Shown one piece after another: positions 54,055 to 64,000 of a stretch of 64,000 nucleotides of DNA. Made by a program: the position numbers and the translations under genes. This DNA is from the human T2T-CHM13v2.0 reference genome, Homo sapiens. Numbering within the stretch: position 1 is the first letter of the stretch; every line of letters begins with the position of its first letter. The notes below the pieces were generated by a model. It was not told the origin of the DNA. It worked only from the letters and a program-made list of their open reading frames with translations, and made no database searches. Where the stretch lies: NCBI RefSeq assembly GCF_009914755.1, contig NC_060925.1. The stretch is one strand, 5' to 3'.

Positions 54055-56458
54055 TAAAGTTTATTTTATCTAAGAATAGCTACTCCTGCTTGCTTTTGGT
54101 GTCCATTTGCATGGAATATCTTTTTCCACCCCTTTACCTTAAGTTTATGTGAGCCCTTATGTGTTAGGTGACTCTCTTGAAGACATCAGATACTTGGTTG
54201 GCGAATTCCTATCCATTCTGCCATTCTGTATCTTTTAAGTGGAGAATTTAAGCCATTTACATTCAATGTTAGTATTGAGATTTGAGGTACTATTCTATTC
54301 ATCACGCTATTTGTTGCCTGAATTCCTTGTTTGTATGTTTGTTTTTTTTCATTGTGTTATTGTTTTATAGGTCCTGTGAGATTTATGCTTTAAGGAGGTT
54401 CTATTTTGGTGTATTTTGAGAATTTGTTTCAAGATTTGGAGCTCCTTTTAGTACATCTTGTAGTGCTGGCTTGGTAGTGGCAAATTCTCTCAGCACTTGT
54501 TTGTCTGAAAAAGACTGTATCTTTCCTTCATTTATGAAGCTTAGTTTTGCTGGATACAAAATTCTTGGTTGATTATTGTTGTTTCTTGGTTGATTACTGT
54601 TGTTTTTAAGGAGGCCAAAGACAAGCCCCCAATCTCTTCTAGCTTGTAGGTTTTCTGCTGAGAAATCTGTTGTTAATCTGGTAGGTTTGCCTTTACTGGT
54701 TACCTGTTGCTTTTGCCTCACAGCTCTTAAGATTCTTTCCTTTGTATTGAATTTAGATAACCTGATGACTGTGAACCTAGGTGATGATCTTTCTGCAACA
54801 AATTTCCCAGGTGTTCTTTGAGCTTCTTGTATTTGAATGTCTAGATCTCTAGCAAGTCTGGTGAAGTATTTCTCCATTATTCCCTCAAATATGTTTTCCA
54901 AACTTTTAGATTTCTCTTTTTCCTCAGGAACACTAATTATTCTCAGGTTTGGTTGTTTAACATAATCCCAAACTTCTTGGATCCTTTGTTCATTTTTAAA
55001 TTCTTTTTTCTTCGTCTTTGTTGGATTGGGTTAATTCAAAAGCCTTGTCTTTGAGCTGTGAAGTTCTTTCTTTTACTTGTTCTAGTCTACTGTTGAAACT
55101 TTCCAGTGCATTTTGTATTCTATTAAATGTATTTCTTCATTTCTGAAGTTGTGATTGTTTTTTATTTGTGCTACATATTTCACTGGAGATTTTTCCATTC
55201 ACATTGTGTATCATTAAAAAAGCTATTTTTTTAAGTTGGTCTTCACCTTTCTCTGGTGCCTCTTTGATTAGCTTAATAATCAGCTTTCTTTTTGTGACAA
55301 TTCAGAGATTTCCTCTCAGTTTGGATCCATTGCTAGTAAGCTAGTGTGATATTTTGAGGGTGTTAAATAACTTTGTTTTGTAATATTACCATAATTGTTT
55401 TTCTGATTCCTTCTCATTTGGGTAGACTGTGTCAGAGGAAATATCTGGGACTCAAGGGTTGCTGTTCAGATTCTTTTGTCCAATAGGTTGCTCCCTTAAA
55501 TTGGTGCTCTCCCCATCCCCTAGGGACGGGCCTTCCTGAGAGCCAAACTGCAGTGATTGTTATTTCTCTTCTGGATCTAGCCACCCAGCAGAGCTACCAG
55601 GTTCTGGGCTGGTACTGGGGGGTGTCTGCAAAGAGTCCTGTGATGTGACCCGTCTTCAGGTCTCTCGTCCTTGGATACCAGCACGTGCTTCAGTGGAGGT
55701 AGCAGAGGAGAGAAGTGGACTCTGTGAGGGTCCTTGGTTGTATTTTTCTTAAGTGCTCTGGTTTTGTGTTGGATGGCCTCCAGCCAGGAGGTGGTGCTTT
55801 CAAGAGTGCGTCAGTTGTAGTAGTATAGGGGAATATAAGCTTGCCCTAAGGTTAGATGGTGGACGGGCCAGAGAGCTCCCAAGAGATTACTTTGTTTGTC
55901 TTTGGCTACCAGGGCACATAGAGAAAGATCATCAGGTAGGGCAGGGTTAGGTATGTCTCTTTAGGCGGAGCTTGCTGCAGATGCTGTGGGTGATGGTGCT
56001 GTGGTTCCCAGGCCAATGGAGTTATGTTCCCAGGGAAATTAGGCTTCCTCTGCTGCCTCACACAGGTTGCCAGGGAAGTGGGGGAAAGCTGGCAGCCACA
56101 TGCCTCACCCAGCTCCCACTCAGCCCGCAGCCTGAAAGTCCAGTCTCACTCCCACTGTGCTCCCTGCAACAGCACCAAGTTTATTTCCAGGCAGCCAGTG
56201 AGCAGGGCTGAAAGCTTGTCCCAGGCTACAAGCCTCCCAGCTGAGAAAGCAAGCAGACTCAGAGTTCCGTGGTTGTCCCACAGAGCCTGCAGCAGCAATC
56301 CACCTCCTTCAAAGGGTCTGTGGATTCTCTCAGCTTTCCTGGTACGTTCCTGTGGTAGTTCTTGGAATAAACGTTCACAACATGAATCTCCACACACTAC
56401 TCTGTCCATCCGAGTGGGAGCTGCAAGTTAGTCCTGCCTCCTATTTGCCACTTTTCCC
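54055..56458 (-). mobile_element. L1PB/L1MA-type 5' half: 5' UTR, ORF1 and the first ~300 bp of ORF2 (3'-truncated)
   Basis: ORF 54401-54901 is the L1 ORF1p C-terminal half (LARDLDIQIQEAQRTP...ILYPAKLSF). 54055-54330 is the ORF2 endonuclease start, and the 5' UTR runs to ~56458. Confidence 0.9.
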
Positions 56459-56459
56459 T

Positions 56460-57300
56460 GTATTCTTTCTTTTTCTGTATATCCGAGTATCCAACTAGTG
56501 TCATTTCCCTTCAACCTGAAAAACTCCCTTGAACATTTTTTTTTAGTTCAGTTTTATGGCAATGAATTCTCTTTAATTCTATTCTCATTTTGAAGATTAT
56601 TCTGACTAGCCAAGAGTTCTTGGTTGTCAGGGTTTTTTTTTTATCACTTTGAAGATATTATACCCTATTATATGACATATAATTAAATATAATATGTTAT
56701 ATATCGTATATAATGTGTATTACTATATGGTGTTATACATCACATATTTTATTTATTATAGTGTATTATAGTCCATCATTTATTGTTCCTGAGGAGAGGG
56801 AATGTATCATTTCTATAGTTGTTCCAATGACTTTAATATGTCTTTCTTCTCTGGCTTCTTTGAGAAATTTCTCTTTCTTTGGTTTTAGCACTTTTCTATG
56901 ATGTACACAGCTTAGGAGTTGGCCAATAATACCTGTTGAATCCCTGTATAAACTGCTTTTGCTATCCTTCTCTCTGTTCTCACCCCTTTCACAGCTCTCT
57001 TTCCATAGTTTTCTGCTCTGGAAATGCCAGGACTTATGTCATCAAAAATTTTTATCTCTGCTTCTTCAGTTCAGAATGATGACAAATCTTTTCTTGGGTT
57101 TTGCTTGTATGTACTTAGGCAATTAGCAGGGGTGAGAGTAGGGTTTGCCTCATGTATTTACTTTCTCCAAAGATCACAGTCTCCAGACTGTGGTTTTTAA
57201 TATCTAAAACAGGTTTCTTATATATTTTGCCCAGTTTTATAGTTGTTTATGGTGAGAGGGCATGTCTGATTCCTGTTAACATAGTCAGAGATGGGAGTTC
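56460..57300 (-). mobile_element. Older L1M ORF1/5' fragments
   Basis: CTGAAAAACTCCCTTGAACATTT...GCAATGAATTCTCT...TTCTTGGTTGTCAG degenerate L1 ORF1 reverse pattern. Confidence 0.55.
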
Positions 57301-57519
57301 AATTGCCAAATTCTGACCCAATCACCTTGATTATATTCAGATGTTGGAGAAATACATATAGGTAGCTGTGTGTGCATAATTGTATGTATCTGCAGAATTA
57401 CATAATTTTACTAGTTCTTTGCTTTGTAGGGCTTACAAGCAATCACACAATATTTGCAATGAGTACATTGAGCACTCAAAATTTTGGCTTCTAAATACTA
57501 ATGAAAAAGCTTCTAAAAA

Positions 57520-57900
57520 ATAATAAGGCAGAATATAAATGAATTAGCACAATCTGTCTGCCTTCTGTATAAAAACAATAATCAGTTACACAATATAATT
57601 GAATATAGTATACAATAATAGCATAAAAGTAAAATACTTTGTAATGAACATTATCAAAAATGTTGAAAACTATATAATAAAAGCTTTCAAAGCTTATGAA
57701 AAGACAGAAAAATATACTTGAGTTAATGAACAGCCACACCAGGGTCTTAAAGAAGAAGATTCATCATCAAAAAGATGTAATTCTCACTGAGTTAATTTTT
57801 TAAATGTTACACGATCTCAATTATAATACTAATTTTGTTTGTAGTTAGACAAGATATTTCTAAAATCAATAAAGAGAAAATAATGAAAGAAGAATAGTCA
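57520..57900 (+). mobile_element. Old L1M ORF2 fragment
   Basis: A-rich L1 ORF2-like text (AAGATTCATCATCAAAAAGATGTAATTCTC...TAGACAAGATATTTCTAAAATC). Confidence 0.5.
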
Positions 57901-58088
57901 AAGTCAATAATAGCATTCTTGTGTTTTTTCCCCAAGAACAGTATGAATCATTGTTTACACTGAAACCCAGTCACCTTCTTCACCTAACTATAAATCGTTA
58001 GCATGGGCTTTACTTTGTAAAATCCACAGCAGGACTCTAAGAAAAACAATAAAACATTTTTTAAAAGTTTGAAAAAAAGAAGAAATCG

Positions 58089-60345
58089 TGATATAGTTTG
58101 GCTGTGTCCCCACCCAGATCTCATCTTGAATTGTAACTCCCACAATTCCCATGTGTCATGGGAGGAACCTGGTAGGAGGTGATAGAATTATGGGGATGGG
58201 TCTTTCCTGCACTATTCTCATGATAGTGAAAGAGTCTCATAAGATCTGATGGTTTTCAAAGGGGGAGTTTCCCTACACATGCTTTCTTTTTGCCAGCTGC
58301 CGTTCGTGTAAGATGTGATTTGTTCCTCCTTGCCTTGTGCCATGATTGTGAGGCTTCCCCAGCCACATGGAACTATAAGTCCACTATAAACCTTTTTCTT
58401 TTGTAAATTGCCCAGTTTCAGGTATGTCTTTATCAGCAGCGTGAAAATGGACTAATACAGTAAATTGGTACTAATAGAGTAGGACGTTGCTGAAAAGATA
58501 CTCGACAATGTGGAAGTGACTTTGGAACTGGGTAACAGGTGAGGCTGGAACAGTTCGGAGGGCTCGGAAGACAGGAAAATGTGGGAAAGTTTGGAACTCC
58601 CTAGAGACTTGTTGAATGGCTTTGACCAAAATGCTGATAATTATATGGACAATGAAATCCAGGTTGAGGTGGTCTCAGATGGAAATGAAGAACTTGTTGG
58701 GAACTGGAGCAAAGGTGATTGCTGGTATGCTTTAGCAAAGAGACTGGTGGCATTTTGCCCCTTCCCTAGAGATTTGTGGAAATTTAAACTTGAGAGACAT
58801 GATTTACGGTATCTGGTGGAAGAAATTTCTAAGCAGCAAAGCATTCAAGAGGTGACTTGGGTGCTGTTAAAGGCATTCAGTTTCAAAAGGGAAACAGAGC
58901 ATAAACGTTTGGAAAATTTTCAGCCTGACAATGCGATAGAAAAGAAGATTCCATTTTCTGAGGAGAAATTCAAGTTGGCTGCAGAAATTTGCATAAATAA
59001 CGTGGAGCTGAATGTTAATCCTCAAGACAAAGGGGAAAATGTCTCAGGGCATGTCAGAGGTCTTCACAGCAGCCCCTTCCATCACAGGCCCAGAGACCTA
59101 GGGGGAAAAATGATTTTGTGGGCCAGATCCAGGGTCCCTGTGCGGTGTGAAGCCTAGGGACTTCAATGTAGAGCTTGGGGCATGGTTTCTGAGGGTGCAA
59201 GCCTCAAGCTTTGGCATCTTCCATGTGATCTTGAGCCTGCCAGTGCACAGAAGTCAGTGGTTTAGGAACCTCTGCCTAGATTTCACAGGATGTATGGAAA
59301 TGCCTGGAACTCCAGGCAGAAGTTTGCTAAAGGGCAAGGTTCTCCTGGAGAACCTCTGCTAGGGCAGTATGGGAGGTAAATATGGGGTCAGAGCCACCAC
59401 ACAGAGTCCCTACTGGGGCATTGTTTAGTGGAGCTGTGAGAAGTAGGCCACCGTCCTCCAGACCCCAGAATTGTAGATCCACTGACAGCTTACACTGTGC
59501 ACCTGGAAAAGCTGCAGACACTCAACAAGAGCCTGTGAAAGCAGCCAGGAGGGAGGCTGTACCCTGCAAAGCCACAGGGGAGGAGCTGCCCAAGACCATG
59601 GGAACTCACCACTTGCATCAGCATAACCTGGATGTGAGACATGGAGACAAAGGAGATCATTTTGGAGCTTTAAGGTTTGACTGCTCTGCTGGATTTTGGA
59701 CTTGCATGGGGCCTGAAGCCTTTTTGTTTTGGCCAATGTCCCCATTTAGAATGGCTGTATTTACCCAATGCCTGTACCCCATTGTATCTAGGAAGTAACT
59801 AACTTGTTTTTGATTTTATGGGCTCATGGGCATTAGGTACTTGCCTTGTCTCAGATAACACGTTGGACTGTGGATTTTGAGTTAATGCTGAAAAAAGTTA
59901 AGACTTTGGGGGACTGTTGGGAAGGCATGATTGGTTTTAAAATGTGATGACATGAGATTTGGGAGGGGACGGGGTGGAATGACATGGTTTGGCTCTGTGT
60001 CCCCACCCAAATCTCATCTTTAATTGTAACTCCCACAATTCCCACATCTTGTGGGAGGAGCCCTGTGGGAGTTGACTGAATTATGAGGACAGGTATTTTC
60101 TGCACTATTCTTGTGACAGTGAATGAGTCTCATGAGGTCTGACGGTTTTAAAAGGGGGAGTTTCCCTACACAAACTCTCTCTTTGCCTGCTGCCATCCAT
60201 GTAAGATGTGACTTATTCCTCCTTGCCTTCCACCATGATTGTGAGCCTTACGCAGCCATGTGGAACGGTAAGTCCATTATAAACCTCTTTGTAATGCCCA
60301 GTCTCGGGTATGTCTTTATCAGCAGCATGAAAACAGACTAATACA
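58089..60345 (+). mobile_element. Full-length THE1B-type MaLR element: 5' LTR 58089-58459, internal 58460-59979, 3' LTR 59980-60345
   Basis: Paired LTRs TGA...CTAATACA; internal region begins GTAAATTGGTA; 192-aa THE1-int ORF at 58579-59157 (MWESLELPRDLLNGFDQNAD...). TSD not cleanly readable. Confidence 0.93.
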
Positions 60346-62349
60346 TCATATGCGTTCTAATATTGATTTGATATTTCTCCATGAGCCATTGGTAATATGC
60401 TTTGAAGAGGGGGTATAAGTGAATTTAATTAAATAACTTAGCAGTAGAAGTGAGGCAGAGACTGAAGACAAAGGGAAAGGAGATCTATGAATTTCATTTG
60501 ATTGATTGTGTATTGCCTACAGAAGGCAGTTTGGGGACTGAATATTTCTATGTGACACTTTAAGCCACCAAAGGAAGCATGCCTCTAGGATGCTGTGTTG
60601 GAAGCAGAGGTTTCCATATGGTCCAAAAAAGGAAATGGGAAAGTAACAAAGATACAATTATTCTTCTGTGCCCTAAGGTTGTCCATTTTCCGTATTTGAC
60701 CACTCTCCTCTCCCAGCATCTTCTCATTTTAGAATCATGCTTCTTTCTGCAAGAGCTGGGTGTGGGGTGGTGAAAACATAGAAATTTCCAGTGAGAGAAT
60801 AATCAAGTCACATTATTAACAATCCATTTCACTTTAAACAGTAAAGAATGTGCTACAGTGTTCTTAGATGCTTGAAAATAAACTGAGGTCTAACTTATTT
60901 AAGACCCAAACAGCTAAAAATTGGGTTGGAAGTTATTTATTATTTGGAAAATACTTTTTTTTCTGAATCCAAAATGTAATTTCCTTTTACTCATATTTTT
61001 TTTAAAATTTAGACAGATAGTGATCTTCATCAAAAAGCAGATACCCCGAAGATTTTATTTAAGCAGAAAACTCTGGAGAATTCCAGTGCATCAGAACTGC
61101 TTCTACACAAATGACTCCATTTGTATCTATTGTTGGCTTTATTTACGAATGATGAGCCAGGATACCAAAGAGCAGTCCATGATTTATCGCCTCCCAATTT
61201 TGTCTCTCTGGGGAAAGAATTCTGGATTATTATTCAGCACTGGGCAGGATGCCGGAGTTCAGGGGTTGGCAGGAAGGAAGGGAACCCTCCTTAGAACAGG
61301 GGCTCCCAGTAACGACCAAATGAAAACAAAGGAAGATGAGAAAAGGGTGGAGGCTTGCTGTGGGTTGCTGACTTTCTGAGTTTCTATTTTAGATCCCTTG
61401 CACGGAATCTTTAGGGTGGATGCCATTTCTAAGCTATTATGAAGGTCACCAGAAATGGGATCTGGCATCTGGATTGCTTTCTAAGTGAGTTTTACACTAA
61501 AGCTTTACCAGAAAAAGCGCCTTAGCGCTTACTGTGAAAACATTATCTGAAGGTGTAGCCTGACACTGTGCTTTGCCAGCAAACACAGAAAAAATGAGCA
61601 TAATAAAACCTTCCATAGTTCAAGATCATTCAGGGCTCCAGTGCAGAAAATATTTATCAGATTGGAGCTGTTGCTGTAGAATGTGAAATCTTTTCTCTCT
61701 TGCCTTACTAAACTACACTATTCATTCTTATTGTTTGTCCTCTTCTTTGACATTTTCTCTAACTCTTTGCTGTTTTCAGACCCTAGGCACATGAATTTCC
61801 CAAAGGCCATCATTTATTTTTCTTTCCATATCAGCTCTTCCCTCGACATCACACTTACTCTCAGCTGCTATGTCTACATAAATAGTTCCCCAACTCTCAT
61901 TCTGACCCTGACCTCTCTTCTGAGATCCAGGTCCATATTTTCAATTATCAACATTATAACTTCTATACTCTGTGTATCTAGATGAACCTTGTTCAAAACA
62001 CCTTAGGTGAAACATTTGTGTAAAGTTTCTTTAATAAAAAGCATGAGTATGTTGCTACAGATGTGTTAAATTAGCTTTTATATTCATAACACAAGTGTCT
62101 GCCACCTGAATGCCTCCAAACATCCAGGCACCTGGAATTCTTTAATAATTAAAGAGGAAGAAAAGCTGAAAACTGCATCCCACATAGTGTTCCTCTTGAT
62201 ATCTCCAAGGGTGTTAGAAGGAGAGGGAGCAGGTGGGATGGAGTGGGAGGCTGTATTTCTTCCAGTCACCTTGCCTCATCCTCTTGTGCTCCAGTTTCCT
62301 GCTGTGGTTACGTTCTGAGTCTTAGAGGCTGCTTTCTTCTTTACGTTGC

Positions 62350-63370
62350 ACTTACACCAATGACTCCCAGATTTGATCTTCTCCTTGAGCTCTGGAATAA
62401 ATTTCCTAAATGCCTTTTCAACACTCAATTTAAATATCTAACAAGCATTTCACACTTAAAGTACCCCAAATTGGACTTGTCTCCCACTCCACACCTGTTT
62501 CTGAAATATTCCCCATCTCAGAAAATGATTCTACCATTCACCTTGCTCCTGGGGCTAAAAACCAAGAGTCATCTTTGACTTTCCTTTTTTTTTTCACATA
62601 CCCAGTAACCTGTCTGCCCTATTTTCAAAATAAATACTGAATTCAACCATTTTTCACTCCCTCTGATACCATCATAGTGCCTCACCTAGACAACAGCAAT
62701 AGCCTCTTATTGTCTGTTGTCTTATTGTCTTACTGTCTATTGTTCCATGCTTGCGTCTACATTCTAATCTCTTCACTGTGATGCTCCAAAACATCAGTCA
62801 AATCATGTCACTGTCACATTCTAAACTGTCTCATGGCACCTGCACACACTTAAAATAAAATTCAAACTCTTTCGTGTACATGGTCCACCATGACCTCGCC
62901 CTCACCTACCTACCTTCCTGTCTTCACTTCCCATCATGTTCTCCATGATTTCTTCAAGCTCCAGCAACCATGGCTTTCTCGTTCTCCTTTTAACGCAACA
63001 AGCGCCTTCCATCTCAGGACAGTAATGTTAGTACTTGACATTAGTCTACATGGAATGCTCTTTCATCAGTTTTCTATGGTCTGTAATTTAGTTAACAATT
63101 TTTTAACATAATAAGATTAATTTTAATCCACACTATGGGAGTTGGTAGCAATTGGATTTTCCTAAACTAGAATGTACACATGTTCTATATTCTTAGCTCT
63201 TCATTTTTTTTCTTTATAGCATTTATGTTCACTTTAAATTATATTACCTATTGTATTATTTACTTTTCATGCTCTGTCCCCTCATTCCCGTCCACCCTGT
63301 AGATATACGCTTCATGAGGGTAGGATCTCTAGTGCCTGGCAATATATGTTTGAAGATTAAGTAAACACGT
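62350..63370 (+). mobile_element. L2 (ORF2 end and 3' UTR), with additional pieces ~61750-62000
   Basis: CAAGCATTTCACACTTAA...CCCCATCTCAG...GAGTCATCTTTGACT...TAAAATAAAATTCAAACTC...TAGTGCCTGGCA. Confidence 0.7.
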
Positions 63371-64000
63371 GGGACTTGTCATTCAACTTTTTAAAATTTT
63401 ATTTTTCTCATTGGTAAAATACAAAGAATAATAAGATTGAAGTGAGTATATCTTTGAATATTTATATTACCTTTTCTATTTGTCTAGAGAACAATTCAAT
63501 TGTCTTTCATTTGGCCCATCTTGGCTACATCCTGGTGGAGCATTACGATTCATATCAAGTATGCTACTAGAGTGTCTCAATTAATCAAGGACAGCTTTAT
63601 ACTTTTTATAAAAGTTTAGCTATCTATGTATTATATTTATATGGGAATGCCTCTGTATGTATGCATTCATATATGTATGTATTTATATAGTCTATGTAAT
63701 ATCCTATGTAGGTATATTTGTGTACTATTCCTGTAGACACACATCATTTATCCTTGCACAACTAAAGCTAAATGGATATTGTTCCTTCGTATATAACTTA
63801 TTACAAAATGTATCCAGTATGATTGGAAGTGATGATACAGTATTTATCAAACTGTTCTGTTTTGCCTTACAAATAAAGGTAGGTATTGGCTAATATAGTG
63901 CTCATTGTTTCATGTGATGACTCATCACTTTTCATGTGATGCCAAAAACATTGAGCTATGTGATTCAGCATCAGCAAATTTATTAGTGCCTCCTTAGCAT

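Noticed and set aside
54401-54901. 166-aa ORF
   Set aside because: Partial L1 ORF1p of a dead element.
60921-61379. 152-aa ORF in unique sequence
   Set aside because: Starts at TTG, has AT-rich low-information composition, no recognisable domain and no exon context; consistent with chance.

Overview
This is primate (human-like) AT-rich, CpG-depleted genomic DNA with no intact protein-coding gene. The only gene-derived sequence is a disabled processed pseudogene of nucleoredoxin (NXN) on the minus strand at 1-~1435; its 3' UTR runs off the left edge. From memory, unverified here, the human NXNP1 locus lies in the gene-poor 1q41 interval near TGFB2/LYPLAL1. The rest is a dense record of mobile DNA: two full-length THE1 (MaLR) proviruses, two THE1 solo LTRs, several older LTRs (MLT1, MLT2, LTR16/33-like, MER31-like), nine Alu pieces, multiple L1/L2/L3/MIR fragments and DNA transposons (Tigger1, MER47/Tigger5, Charlie4, MER20, MER5A, MADE1). 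Nearly all ORF-track entries are repeat-derived or chance ORFs. The most unusual structures are: a ~235-bp inverted duplication of unique DNA plus an Alu left arm (50551-51271); a 44-bp inverted repeat beside an AT-rich tract (47536-47718); a twin-primed L1 joining inverted ORF1 to the end of ORF2; an in-frame loss of the GC-rich NXN N-terminal segment in the pseudogene; and a THE1D LTR ~140 bp upstream of, and co-oriented with, that pseudogene. I find no evidence of a new multi-gene biological system. Subfamily names come from recalled consensus sequences and need RepeatMasker/Dfam confirmation.
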